Shown: positions 1-13,916, counted from the stretch's first letter. The stretch: 64,000 nt of DNA from Azolla caroliniana (GCA_043228905.1 JBHGNT010000010.1:8618001-8682000); one strand, 5' to 3'. Numbers and translations are program-made. Notes: a model not told the origin generated them from the letters alone.

Positions 1-350
1 TAAACACATAATTAGTACTGATGCACATTTGATAGCAATATTAAGTTGTTATTCCGAATATTAAGCATAGGTGAATAAACAATTAGTGATGATGCATATA
101 GAACAACAATATTGTAATATAAAAATACTAAATATAGGTAAATATACAATTAGTATTGATGCACATGGGAGGACAATACTACATTGTTATTTAAAAGTAC
201 TAAATATCGGTAAATACATAATTAGCATTGATGCATATTGGAGGACAATACTAAGTTATTAATTAAAAAATACTAAACATGGATAAAAACATTGTTACTA
301 CTGATGCACATTGGAAGAAAAGTAGAAAGTTTTTATTGAACAACACTAAA
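1..350. repeat. Degenerate AT-rich tandem repeat (~70 bp, core AATTAGTA(C/T)TGATGCA(C/T)AT)
   Basis: The core recurs near 11, 81, 149, 221 and 293. Confidence 0.6.
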
Positions 351-1379
351 TGTAGGAGATTAAACTAATATTGGTAATGTAGACAAGTTTGAATACAATT
401 GGTTCTAAGTTTTCATTAAAGATTAGAAAGCATAGGAAACCAATGTAATAGTTGAAGGCCTTTGAAGTATTAGACGACTAGACTTAGAACTATATGTACT
501 TAACGTAAAGTAATCAATTTACCTTGCAGTAAAAAAGAAGTATAATGCTGCCTTAGATTGTGAGGCTACACCATTGAACCAGACTTAATGTTGATTAAAG
601 GTAAGACCAAAAAATAATGAATCTGCATGGTCAAGCTCAAACCAATGTTAAACAATAAGTGGTTAATGCTTTTTATCATCTGAAATATAGATTATTAATT
701 TGTTATGTAACATTCCTTGAATTGTGGATTTTGCCCATAACTCCTAAATTTATGTGGAATGAACTCCTAGAGTTACTTTTGAAACTCTAAGACAAGCATA
801 GTAACATATGTCTCCTTATATGCCCACTTAATATTTTTCCTAACTAGTCTATTCCCTATATTTTGTACTATATACCCTAAATTTGTTTCTATTTCACAAT
901 ATGATAGTTACCACATCAAGCTCATTGTACCGAATATGGGTTGTGGGCAAAACCTACATCTTTCTAAAAGAAATGAAAGAGTAATTAATAGATCATTTTT
1001 TGAGCATTACACATACTATATACTATCTATTGGTAAACAAGAATAGATCTTTTTTTGAGCATTAATAGATCATTTTTTAAGAAATGAAAGACTGATTAAT
1101 AGATAATTTTTTAAGAAATGAAAGACTAATTAATAGATCATTTTTTGAGCATTACACATACTATATACTATCTATTGGTAAACAAGACATGTCAATCTAA
1201 TTGATGATTACCATTTTCAATTATCTGTATTACTTAAAAAAGAATAACAAGGAAAGTAATTAAAGCAATCAAGGTTGCAATTAGTTGTATACTAATATCA
1301 CCAAATGGGACCCGCAAGCATAATAAATCAACAAGAGTTGTGTTAGTAATTTCATAACCAATGATAACATGTTTTCAAA

Positions 1380-2510
1380 TATGAAAATCACGAAATAGAG
1401 GAAGAAAGATCAACACGCAACATAAAAAATTTGAATATGAGAAGGAGTCACATAAAAAATTTATATACAAGAAAACCACGGTTTTATATATTAAAATAAT
1501 GAAATACATGAAGAAGGGTGAACATGCAAAAAATCTACATGACAAAGATGAACATGACAATATGAGAAAAATGATGAGCATGAAAATAATATACATGACA
1601 AAGATGAACAGAAAAATACGAGAAGAAAGATTAGCAAGAAAAGAATCCACAAGAGAAAGATGAACACGATAATATGAAAAATAAGATGGAAATTCGAAAG
1701 AAGCTCCTCTATGTATAAACCGCTTATGATTTATCGACGAAGCTTAAAATCGAAGATTGGAATACTTATATTGGACATGAGAATAAGAGAAAAAAGATGA
1801 ATATGAAAAAACCTACAAGAGAAAGATGAACATAAAAACACCTACAAGAGAACGATGAACATGATAATAAGAAAAGAAAGATGAGCATGAAAAATATCTA
1901 CATGAGAATAGAGAAGAAAGATGAACATGAAAAAGATTTACATGAGAAAGATGAACATAAAAAAAATCTACATGAAAAAAATATGAACATGAGAATATGA
2001 GAAGAAAGAAGAACATGAAAGAAATCTACATGAAAATATGAGACGAAATATGAACATGAAAGAAATCTACATGAGAATATGAGAAGAAATATGAACATGA
2101 AAGAAATCTACATGAGAATATGAGAAGAAATATGAACATGAGGAAGAAGTTTCCCAATCAATGAATCGCATATGATTCATCAAAAAATATTCAAATAAGA
2201 GATAGGAGGACTCATGTTAGCCAAAGCTTCAAATCTGAGTGCAGAAGATTCGTGTTGAAAGAAGCTTCAAATCTGAGTGCAAAAGATTCATGTTGGAAGA
2301 ACCTTCAAATCTAAGTGCAGAAGATTCATGTTGGAAAAAGTATCAAATCTGAGTTAGAATAATGATTAATGGAAGACACTTCAACCATGCTGTTATTAGA
2401 ACTATTGAAACATGAAGCATGAAATCTAAGGTAAGACAACGATTCATGCAAAAGGTTCAAATCTGAGATAGGAGAATGATTCAGAAATAGGGTTCAGATC
2501 TGAGTAAGGA
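1380..2510. repeat. Purine-rich degenerate minisatellites (ATGAACATGA/AATCTACATGAG units to ~2150; ~40-bp TTCAAATCTGAG units 2225-2500)
   Basis: Visible periodic motifs; the ORFs called here are low-complexity by-products. Confidence 0.65.
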
Positions 2511-2559
2511 GAAGGCTTGGTTGGAAGAACGATAAGCAGAAAAAGCATAAAACATGCAA

Positions 2560-2830
2560 AGGGTGAAATTTTGAAAAATGTAAAAAATGAAAAAGTCGGA
2601 AACATTAATGTGAAGGGGGAAATATTCCCTCCCCCCCCAAAAAAAAGGTTAAATCCTCACATATCACTTTGCCCCCATTTTTCGTCATCTATGCACTTTA
2701 TAATAATCCCACGTCACATTTTGAATTTTATTTTTGTTGAAATTATTATTTTTTATTAACTTTTAGTACTAACAGTATAAAACGAAGACATGTTTTTTTT
2801 GGCCAAAAACAGTACTTTTTTGGTACACGG
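2560..2830. mobile_element. Possible terminus (TIR) of a Mutator-like DNA transposon abutting the tRNA array
   Basis: CCACGTCA motif and a TTTTTTGGCCAAAA...TTTTTTGGTACAC ending resemble plant MULE TIRs; no partner TIR or TSD is visible. Confidence 0.3.
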
Positions 2831-3301
2831 TAGCGTGCTTTAAGCCTAAAATGAACATATAAACCTCATGTTAATGTCGACATGTGGTGTTCTTTTCATT
2901 GACAATATAGTCATGTTTCACGCTAATTCAATCTTGAGCGCAATGTTTAAGGGGGAATCGATGCGACTAGATATTAAACGTTAATTCAATTAATCAACTA
3001 CACAACCACAACTAAATGTAATCCTAATCTCTACTTGATAGTGAACCATTCATGCACGGTCATTCAAGAATTTTGTTTATTAACTCAAAATAGGTGGAAA
3101 TATATACACTCCCAAGTTGCAGGGATATATAAGTTGGGAGAACGTGAGATTGAATATATGAACATCATTGTTCAAAACATGTTCAGATTGATCTCTACTT
3201 GATCGCTCAACTATAATCCACAGTTATTCGAGAATATTGTTTTAGAACCATATAGACAAGATTTAATGGCAAGTTATTCGAGAATAATGTTTTAGAACCA
3301 T

Positions 3302-3374
3302 ATTGGGATAGCTCAATCGGGAGAGCGTCAGTCTGAAGATCTGACGGTCACGTTTTCAATCCACGTTCACCGCA
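3302..3374 (+). pseudogene. tRNA-Phe(GAA) pseudogene
   Basis: 5' end replaced; T-loop mutated. Confidence 0.85.
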
Positions 3375-3865
3375 AAAGGTAACAAATATTTTCGAGAGAC
3401 ATATTTATATACATTATTTGACAAGAAATCTACGAATGAAAGGAAGATATAAACCTCATGTTAATGTCGACATGTGTTGTTCTTTTCGTTGACAATATGG
3501 TCATGTTTCATGCTAATTCCATCTTGACCGCAATGTTTAAGGGGGAATCCATGGGACTAGATATTAAACGTTAATTCAATTAATGAACTACACAACCACA
3601 ACTAAACGTAATCCTAATCTCTACTTGATAGCAAAACATTAATGCATAGTCATTAGATATTTCTGTTTATTAACTCAAAATAGGTGGAAATATATACGCT
3701 CGGAAGTTGCAAGGATATATAAGTTGGGAGAACGTGAGATTGAATGTTTGAATATCATTGTTCAATACACGTTCATGTTGACCTTTAGTTGATCGCTCAA
3801 CTTTAATACATAGTTATTCGAGAATATGTTTTCTGAACCATAGAGTCATTATTTGATGGGAAGCT

Positions 3866-3938
3866 ACGGTGATAGCTCAGTTCGGAGAGCGTTAGACTGA
3901 AGATCTGAAGGTCACATGTTCGATCCACGTTCACCGCA
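3866..3938 (+). tRNA. tRNA-Phe(GAA)-like copy, several substitutions
   Basis: Anticodon loop CTGAAGA and GTTCGATCC retained. Confidence 0.75.
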
Positions 3939-4820
3939 AAAAATAACAAACATTTTCGAGAGACATATTTGAATACATTTTTTGACATGAATTCTACGAA
4001 TGAAAGTAAGATATAAACCTCATGTTAATGTCTACATTTGTTGTTCTTTTCGTTGACAATATGGTCATGTTTCATGCTAATTCCATCTTGAGCGCAATGT
4101 TGAAGGGGGAATCAATGCGACTAGATATTAAACGTTAATTCAATTAATCAACTACACAACCACAACCACAACTAAACTTAATCCTAAGCTCTACTTGATA
4201 GTGAAACATTAATGCATAGTCATTCAAGAATTTTGTTTTTTAACTGAAAATAGGTGGAAATATATAGACTCCCAAGTTGCAGGGATATATAAGTTGGGAG
4301 AACGTGAGATTGAATATCTCAACATCATTGTTCAATACACGTTCATATTGATCTCTACTTGATCGCTCAACTTTAATCCACAGTTATTCGAGAATATTGT
4401 TATAGAACCATATAGACAATGTCGACATGTGTTGATATTTTCGTTGACAATATGGTCATGTTTCATGCTAATTCCATCTTGAGCGCAATGTTTAAGGGGG
4501 AATCGATGCGACTAGATATAAAACTTTAATTCAATTAATCAACTACACAACCACAACTAAACGTAATCGTAATCTCAACTTGATAGTGAAACATTAATGC
4601 ACAGTCATTAGAGATTTTTGTTTATTAACTCAAAATAAGTGGAAATATATACACTCGGAAGTTGCAAGGATATATAAGATGGGAGAACGTGAGATTGAAT
4701 AGTTGAATATCACTGTTCAATACACGTTCATGTTGACCTCTAATTGATCGCTCAACATTAATGCACAGTTATTCGAGAATATTGTTATAGAACCATATAG
4801 AGAATATCTAATGGGAAGTT

Positions 4821-4893
4821 GTGGGGATAGCTCAGTTGGGAGAGCGTTAGACTGAAGATCTGAAGGTCACGTGCTTGATCCACGTTCACCGAA
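4821..4893 (+). pseudogene. tRNA-Phe(GAA) pseudogene
   Basis: B box mutated (GCTTGATCC). Confidence 0.8.
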
Positions 4894-5383
4894 AAAAAAA
4901 AAAACATTTTCGAGAGACATATTTGAATACATTATTTGACAAGAATTTTACGAATGAAACAAACATATAAACCTCATGTTAATGTTGACATGTGTTGATT
5001 TTTTCGTTGACAACATGGTCATGTTTCATGCTAATTCCAACTTGAGTGCAATGTTTAAGGGGGAATCGATGTGACTAGATATTAAACGTTAGTTCAATTC
5101 TTTAACTACACAACCACAACGAAACCTAATCCTAAGCTCTCCTTGATAGGGAAACATTAATGCACGGTCATTCAAGATTTATTTTTATTAACTCAAAATA
5201 GGTGGAAATATATATAATCCCAAGTTGCAGGGATATATAAGTTGGGAGAACGTGAGATTGAATGTCTGAACATCATTGTTCAATACACGTTCATGTTCAC
5301 GTCTAGTTGATCGCTCAACGTTAATCCACAGTTATTCGAGAATATTGTTATAGAACCATATAGACAATATCTAATGGGAAGTT

Positions 5384-5456
5384 GCGGGGATAGCTCAATT
5401 GGGAGATCGTCAGACTGAAGATCTGAAGGTCACGTGTTTGATCCACGTTCACCGCA
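5384..5456 (+). tRNA. tRNA-Phe(GAA)-like copy (B box GTTTGA, probably pseudogene)
   Basis: 73 nt, 3 differences from the array consensus. Confidence 0.75.
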
Positions 5457-5947
5457 AAAGGTAACAAACCTTTTCGAGAGACATATTTGAATAGATTATT
5501 TGACAAGAAATTTATGAATGAAATGAACATATTAACCTCATGTTAATGTCAACATATGTTGTTCTTTTCGTTGACAATATGGTCATGTTTCATGCTAATT
5601 CCATCTTGAGCGTAATGTTTAAGGGGGAATTGATGGGACTAGATATTAAACGTTAATTCAATTAATCAACTACACAACCACAAGTAAACCTAATCCTAAT
5701 CTCTACTTGATAGCGAACCCTTAATGCAAAGTTATTCAAGAATTTTATTTATTAACTCAAAATAGGTGGAAATATATACAGTCCCAAGTTGCAGGGATAT
5801 ATAAGTTGGGAGAACGTGAGATTGAATATCTGAGCATTATTGTTCAATACACGTTCATATTGATCTCTACTTGATGGCTCAACTTTAATCCATAGTTATT
5901 CGAGAATATTGTTTTAGAACCATGTAGACAGTATTTAATGGGAAGTT

Positions 5948-5999
5948 GCAGGTATAGCTTAGTTGGGAGAGTGTTAGTCTGAAGATCTGAAGGTCACGT
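5948..5999 (+). pseudogene. tRNA-Phe 5' part split by a Gypsy insertion (3' part at 12198-12222)
   Basis: ...GAAGGTC-ACGT|LTR...LTR|ACGT-GTTCGATCCACATTCACCGCA. Confidence 0.9.
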
Positions 6000-6734
6000 T
6001 GTCGTAGTGTGAATAACACACTACGTGAAAGTTGTAAAATACTATATCCGATTTAAAGTACGTATAATAAATAAAATAAAATATTAAAAATATTTATTAC
6101 GTGCTTAGGGTAGGATTCGGCCCTTGTTCCTCCACGTAAACAAACCCCAACCTTACCATTGCACTAACTTATCCTAAGTGTTCTAAATATAGATTTAATG
6201 TGTATAAGACCTTCATTTACGCCTACCTTTATTAAAAGGAAAGTTATGCATTTTGTAGAATGCGTGAATACTTTATTTATAAGAAAAATGTACACCAATA
6301 AAAAATGACTTGTGCACATCTAGCGAGCATGAGCACTTTATTTAGGAAATAAAGGCATAGTGTAAAAAGGTAACTCATGCACATTTAGTGTGCATGAACA
6401 CTTTAGAAAAAAAAGCATGAAGCTATGCTTAGCCTCTTCCATCCTTATATAAGGAGGAGAGAATGATGTATGGGGGTTGTTGATTATTTTACAAGGTTTG
6501 ATTAATATAATATAATCGTGGCATTCACGAATTTGTTAACTATTTTTCTCTCTTAATCTGAGTACTCACTAATACACTATACTCGTGCGATTCACGAGTT
6601 TTTCATATCTTTCTTTCTTACAACATATTTCATATTCTTCATTGCTTTAGAATATTCTCATCTCCTAGTCCAAAACCTTAGTGGTTCACACCCTACTCAC
6701 GCAAACAATCCGGCGCCGAAAGGCACGACACAAG

Positions 6735-6752
6735 TGGTGAACCCGACGTGAA
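6735..6752 (+). promoter_or_regulatory. Primer binding site, tRNA-Trp(CCA)
   Basis: TGGTGAACCCGACGTGAA is the reverse complement of the plant tRNA-Trp 3' end ...TTCACGTCGGGTTCA-CCA. Confidence 0.85.
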
Positions 6753-6768
6753 AACGGGTGGCAAGGAG

Positions 6769-8804
6769 ATGGAAAATCAACCGGAGGCTAACAACATGAT
6801 GATGATGTTCGAGCGGATGGTTCTGGAACAACGTGCGATGTCGGAGATAGCGGCGGTAGTAGAGCGGTTCGTGCAACGGATCAGGCAATTCAACAAAAAG
6901 GACGTATCACGCTATCTTCGGGACTACAAGGCGGAAATGCTACGGTGCGGGATTTCGGAAGGACTACAAGTGGCATCCTTCAACCGGGTGGTTACCGACG
7001 GGCTTCAAGCAAGTATCCACGGGCTACGACAACAAATTTCGGCGTGGGAAGCGTTTGAAGAGGCACTAAAGACCATGTCTGCTATCGAGGACTCCTCCAA
7101 GGCAACACGAAGAGGATTCGAGGATTGGGTGGAAACGCCAGACAAGGGTATGAAGGTCCTCGATGTGTTTTCGGCATTCGAAAGTCAGTTCGGGAGGTTG
7201 TTTGCGAGAGATCCAGTTGTCCTCGCACCAGACAAAGTTATCATGTTCTTACGAGCCGTAGACCTCCGGAACCGGAAGGATCTTGGAGTGCTTCTAGGGG
7301 ACACGAATACCGAGAGTGGCCTCACCGAAACATGGGAAAGCATGCGGGATATTGTCGCGCGATACACAAAGAAGGGGAAATGGTTTGCCAACGAAGAAAA
7401 GAGGGTTTCAGAACCGATTGCGAAACCAAGATCCGGATCGGAAGACCATCAACCGCGGCCTCGGGAAGCTTCGACCGAGAAGGGAATCGACGCAACTACA
7501 GTGGAGCAGTTGCTGAAGGAGATGGAGAATCTAAAAATCGTGATGGTGAAGAAGTCGGATGACCATCCCACAAGTTCCAAGTATATGGACCATCGGTGCA
7601 TATGGTGCGATAGCACCGAACATGATCGAAGGGATTGCGACGAGCACAAGGAAGCGCTACGGCGAGATCTTATCTACTACGAGGGAAATTAGATTCATTC
7701 AATCGACTCTCGGAAGCCGCTCCGGCCGAACTTCCGAAAAGGCGGCATGAAGAAAGTCCTAGAGGAGGAAATAGCGGCGAAGAGCAATTACGCGACAACC
7801 GCAGGAATACGTGTCAGGGTGTCATCGGGAGCAAAGGTGTCTTTTTGGCCGGAAGTGCTAGAAAACATCGAGAAAACCGACTCCAACGAGATCCGAAGCA
7901 CCGTGGAAGGCATCGGAAGCTACGGGATGGGAGTGCCCTGTCGATAAGAATAGCGTATACACCCTATGTCAATTGCATGAAGTGTATGTGGATGAAAAAC
8001 GATGGCGCACGGATGATGCGGCCGGACCATCAAAGACACCGGAAAGCTGGAACTCCGGAGGGAAGGGAAAAAAAAAGGTGATTCCGGCATTCAAGCCCGC
8101 CTCGGACATCGAACAACAAACGGACTTGAAAAAGGTGTTCGAAGAGAGAATCCTTGACAGCCGGGTAAATTTTTCGCTTTGGGAACTACTCGGAATAGCA
8201 AAAAAAGAGTTCCGTGATCTTCTTGTGGATCTCATTAAAAGAAAAAGACAAACTACGGAGGAAAATGCGCCGATGGTGAATGCAAATACCGTTCTGATGA
8301 ACGACACCGAAGTGGAAGACGAGATTCTGAATTCCCACTATACAAAGCCACACTGGGTGCGTGCAACTACGGAGACTCCAGTCCGAATCGGCAGCATCAA
8401 AGAGCCCGTGCTAGCATTGATTGATCACGGAGATCAATTTGATGTCCAAAGAGTTCTACCGGAAGGGGAACTGGCCTATATACACTAACCATGGATGGAA
8501 GATCCGGCCAGCCACTAAAGCAACGGAAGATCTATTTGCGGCTTGTCCGGATGTGATGGTGAAGATCGGGGATGTCGAGATCGACCAAAATTTCCTCGTA
8601 CAAGAAGAGGTCTCACATTCCGTGATCCTCGGGCAACCCTTTATCATGGCTTCACAGATGGAGACAAAGGTGCTCGATAGCGGTGCGGCTTTTGCACAAA
8701 TTCGGAGCCAAAACGGAGGGAAATCCGTCCAATTCCTAATGGTGCTGGCAAATCATGAAAGGAACAAGAGAGAGCTCTTGTCCCAAACAAGAATGGATTT
8801 TTAG
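6769..8804 (+). pseudogene. gag: Gypsy gag-protease (disrupted)
   Basis: CIWCDSTEHDRRDC zinc knuckle; ALIDHG..EINLMS aspartic protease; premature stop at 7690-7692 and frameshifts. Confidence 0.85.
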
Positions 8805-11411
8805 AGCGGATTGTTGCGGACTGGGGAAGTGATAGTCCGAGAAGCCCTGATACCCCACACAGGAAGAAACCTCTTGGAGCAAAACAAGTACAAATCGGTC
8901 CGGATGGGGCATCTACGTACACGGTCGTAACTGGAGGAAAGAAGAAAGAATACCGAAAAGTGGAGGATAAGTTATGGTCGGCATCAATAATAAAAGAAGA
9001 CGAAGAAATCGTGGGAATAGTCAAAGAAGTGTTCTATGGGAGCATGTTACAACGGCTTGAAGAGCTCGCGGAAGATACAAGCCATGGAAACCGGGTAGTC
9101 CGAAAGTTCGTAGTCGACCATATTCATGATTGCGAGAAAGTGCTTCGAAAATTAGAAGATGTGCACCTAACACTTTCCGGTGAGAAATCGGCATTCGGGC
9201 AAGAAGAAATATTGGTAGTCGGACATCTATGTGGGCCCTATGGCCGAAGACCGTCACCAACCAAGATCGATGCGATTCAAGCTATGAAAGAAGTATGCGA
9301 GTCACAATCCGAAGTCCGAAGGTTTCTTGGAGCATGTGCGTTCTATCACATATGGATTCCGCACTATGCACATATTGCGGACCCACTCTATCACTTGTTG
9401 CGGAAGGGTAAGAAGTTCGAATGGAAACCGGAGCATACCAAAGCCGTGAAGAAGCTCAAGAAATCACTACGGAGGGCAAAAGCACTAAAGAAGCCGAACT
9501 ATGACCGATCGATCATAGTAACGGTTGACACAAGCCCAACCGGAATCGGATGGGTCATCAATCAAGCTGACTCGGATGGTTCGCGATATCCGATCCGATT
9601 CGGATCAAAGGTTCTAAACAAGAGGCAACGTGGATATGCACAAGTCAAAAGAGAATTATGGGGAGTCGTGTCGGCAATCAAATCGGATCGAGATTATTTG
9701 ATCGGAGCCCAAGTAGTGATCGAAACGGATTGTCTTCCAATACTCGGGATGATGCGGTGTTGCACGATACCGGATGTGGCTATGCTAAGATGGATTGCAT
9801 ATGTTAAGTCACTTAATCCAGAGGTACGACACATCTCCGGAAAAGACAACTGGTAGCGGATATGCTATCAAGGGCGTGGTTCGGAGATGACATAACCGAA
9901 TCCGATAATGAAGAAGTTTCCGAAGACTACTTTGCTTCGGAGCACATATGCTGGGTGAACGTAATCCGAGAATTCCGGGAAGAAGAATACGAGGGAGAAA
10001 GCTTGCTGATCGGGAAAGTGCTACAAGAAATCGAGGAATCATCGGACAATAAAGAGAAGAGAGCCGAGATCTGAAGTAAGAAGCGGAAAGTTCAAAAGTT
10101 CTTCTTGAGAAATGGATTAATATGGAGGGAGCTGAAAAGACCGGATGGCATACCACTTCGGGTAGTCAGGACGAAAGATCAACGAAACCGGATAATATCC
10201 GAATTTCACGGATCCGATTGGGCTGGACATCAAGGAACGTGGGCAACTTTTCTGAAAATCAAACAAAAATATTGGTGGAAGAACATGTACAAAGATATAA
10301 CGGAGTTCACGGAAAGCTACGAGAAGTGTCAAATCTACTCCGGAGTTCGACACCGAGATGAGTTACATCCGACATTATCACTAACAATCAACTTCAAATG
10401 GATGGTCGATATTGTAGCCATGCCAACCGGAATCGGACAAAAGAAGTACTTGGTGTTCGCTCGGGAAGATCTCACAAACCAAGTAGAAGGACGGGTGTTA
10501 CAAAGGAAAATGTGTTCTGCAGTATGCCTATTTCTTTTGGAGGAGGTGTGTTGCAGGTACGGGTGCGTAGGACAAGTGATTGCGGATCGGGGAGAACTCA
10601 ACTCTGATAAAGCTAAGGAATTCTTCACCAAACATGGAGTTCGGTTAACACTGACAACGGCATACAATCCGGAAGCCAACGGGAAGATTGAACCAGGACA
10701 TAGTCCGATCGTCAAAGCACTTGCGAAGGCATGCGATGGAAGGGTGAAGGATTGGTCGCAGATGCTTCCGTATGCACTATGGGCGGATCGGACGACGCAT
10801 AGCTCCGTAACCGGTTACATGCCGGTAGAACTCATGACCGGACAAGCACTAGTGATGCCAACGAAAACCGCGATCGCGACATGGACAGTGCTACCGTGGA
10901 AGGAAGAGATGAGCCGGGAAGAACTACTAGCGGTCCGGATACGACAACTAGAGGGAAGACTAGAAGACATAGCGGAAGCAATACGCCGACAACAAGAAGC
11001 GCGATTCCGGAATAAAAGCTGGTTCGACACAAAGCACCGACTACGACCGCGGAAATTGAAGAAGGGGATTGGGTGATTGTCTACGACAGTAATTTGGATC
11101 ATCAACATACAACGATGCGGAAATTCGCGAAAAGCTTGTCCGGGCCATATGAGGTTCGCAAAGTTTTCGACAACGGAACATACCGACTATGCAAGTTGGA
11201 TGAAATGATGCTACGAGTGCCTGAAGCCGGGAAACGGGTGAAGATTTTCAAGAAGCGGACTGATGAAGAACCCTATGTGATCCTAGACAAGACCGACAAA
11301 AAGGAGCAATCGGACGAAGATCGTGGTGATGCGGAAAACAAAGAAAGTGGATTACAACTCATAGTCGACTTAAGGGGAGAATCAGAGGAAGCTTCGGATG
11401 AAGGTGAATAG
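8798..11411 (+). pseudogene. pol: Gypsy pol remnant: RT C-terminus, RNase H, integrase
   Basis: VRRFLG, VDTSPTGIG..QVKRELWG..ETDC (RNase H); GHQG..W, VIADRGE..TAYNPEANGKIE (integrase); GPY motif. Confidence 0.9.
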
Positions 11412-12713
11412 CAAGCATCGGGGACTTCGGCACATACCAGAAGATGTGCGGGTTCGGAGGGGGCGAGTGTTGTAGTGTGAATCACACACTACGTGAAATA
11501 TGTAAAATACTATATCCGATTTAAAGTACGTATAACAAATAAAATAAAATATTAAAAATATTTATTACGTGCATAAAACAAGATTTAACCCCTGTACGTC
11601 CACGTAAACAAACCCCAACCTTACCATTGCACTAACTTATCCTAAGTCTTTTAGATATAGATTTAATACTTATAAGACCTTATTTACGCCTACCTTTATT
11701 AAAAGAAAAGTTATGAATTTTTTAGAATGCGTGAATACTTTATTTATAAGAAAAATGTACACCAATAAAAAATGACTTGTGCACATCTACCGAGCATGAC
11801 AACTATATTTAGGAAATAAAAGCATACTGTAAAAAGGCAACTCATGCACATTTAGTGTGCATAAACACTTTAGAAAGAAAAGCATGAAGCTATGCTTAGC
11901 CTCTTCCATCCTTATATAAGGAGGAGAGAATGATGTATGCGGGTGGTTGATTATTTTACAAGGGTTGATTAATATAATATAATCGTGGGATTCACGAATT
12001 TGTTAACTATTTTTCTCTCTTAATCTGAGTACTCACTAATACACTATACTCGTGGGATTCACGAGTTTTTCATATCTTTCTTTCTTAAAACCTATTTCAT
12101 ATTCTTCATTGCCTTAGAATATTCTCTTCTCCTAGTCCAAAACCTCAGTAGTTCCCACCCAACTCACGCAAACAATCCGGTGCCGAAAGGCACTACAACG
12201 TGTTCGATCCACATTCACCGCAAAAGGTAACAAATATTTTCGAGAGACATATTTGAATACATTATTTGACAAGAAATCTACTAATGAAATGAACATATAA
12301 ATGTCATGTTAATGTCCACATGTATTGTTCTTTTCGTTGACAATATGGTCATGTTTCATGCTAATTCCATCTTGAGCGCAATGTTTAAGGGGGAATAGAT
12401 GCGATTAGATATTAAACGTTAATTCAATTAATCAACTACACAACCACAACTAAACGTAAACCTAATCTATACTTGATAGTGAAACATTAATGCACGGTCA
12501 TTCAAGAATTTTGTTTATTAACTCAAAATAGGTGGAAATATATACACTCCCAAGTTGCAGGGATATATAAGTTGGGAGAACGTGAGATGGAATATATGAA
12601 CATCATTGTTCAAAACATGTTCATATTGATCTCTACTTGATCGCTCAACTATAATCCACAGTTATTCGAGAATATTGTTTTAGAACCATATAGACAGTAT
12701 TTAATGGGAAGTT

Positions 12714-12786
12714 GCGGGGATAGCTCAGTCGAGAGAGCGTCAGACTGAACATCTGAAAGTCATGTGTTCGATCCACGCTCACCTGA
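12714..12786 (+). pseudogene. tRNA-Phe(GAA) pseudogene
   Basis: Multiple substitutions; acceptor 3' strand damaged. Confidence 0.8.
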
Positions 12787-13279
12787 AAAGGTAAAAAATA
12801 TTTTCGAGAGACATATTTAATTACATTATTTGACAAGAAATCTACGAATGAAAGTAAGATATAAACCTCATGTTAATGTCGACATGTGATGTTCTTTTCG
12901 TTGACAATATGGTCATGTTTCATGCTAATTCCATCTTGACCGCACTGTTTAAGGGGGAATCCATGGGACTAGATATTAAACATTAATTCAATTAATGAAC
13001 TACACACCCACAACTAAACGTAATCCTAATCTCTACTTGATAGCAAAACATTAATGCACAGTCATTCGATATTTCAGTTTATTAACTCAAAATAGGTGGA
13101 AATATATACACTCGGAGGTTGCAAGGATATATAAGTTGGGAGAACGTGAGATTGAATATTTGAATATCATTGTTCAATACACATTCATGTTGACCTCTAG
13201 TTGATCGCTCAACTTTGATCCACAATTATTCGAAAATATGGTTTCTGAACCATTGAGTCGTTACCCTTGATGGGAAGTT

Positions 13280-13352
13280 GCGGGGATAGCTTAGTTGGCA
13301 GATTGTCAGACTGAACATCTGAAGCTCATGTGTTCGATCCACGTTCATCGCA
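13280..13352 (+). pseudogene. tRNA-Phe(GAA) pseudogene
   Basis: D-arm substitutions. Confidence 0.8.
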
Positions 13353-13843
13353 AAATATAACAGACATTTTCAAGAGAAATATTTGAATACATTATTTCAC
13401 AAGAATTATACGAAGCAAAGTAAGATATAAACCTCATGTTAATGTGGACATGTGTTGTTCTTTTCATTGACAATATGGTTATGTTTCATGCTAATTGCAT
13501 CTTGAGCCCAATGTTGAAGGGGGAATCAATGCGACTAGATATTAAACGTTAATTCAATTAATCAACTACACAACCACAACTAAACGTAATCGTAATCTAT
13601 ACTTGATAGTGAAACATTAATGCACGGTCATTCAAGAATTTTGTTTATTAACTCAAAATAGGTGGAAATATATACACTCCCAAGTTGTAGGGATATATAA
13701 GTTGGGAGAACGTGAGATGGAATATCTGAAAATCATTGTTCAAAACATGTTCATATTGATCTCTACTTGATTGCTCAATTATAATCCGCAGTTATTCGAG
13801 AATATTGTTTTAGAACCATATAGACAATATTTAATGGGAAGTT

Positions 13844-13853
13844 GCGGGGATAA

Positions 13854-13891
<38 letters not shown>

Positions 13892-13916
13892 ACGTGTTCG
13901 ATCCATGTTCACCGCA
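13844..13916 (+). tRNA. tRNA-Phe(GAA), near-intact
   Basis: 2 differences from the array consensus (G10A; C>T in the T stem). Confidence 0.8.

Larger units (their letters stand above)
6000..12197 (+). mobile_element. Ty3/Gypsy LTR retrotransposon, internally deleted (RT core missing)
   Basis: LTRs 6000-6730 and 11468-12197 (TG...CA), 4-bp TSD ACGT, tRNA-Trp PBS at 6735-6752, PPT ~11456-11467, gag-PR-(RT end)-RH-INT remnants. Confidence 0.95.

Noticed and set aside
1375-2098. Hydrophobic minus-strand ORFs resembling membrane proteins
   Set aside because: They are translations of purine-rich minisatellite.
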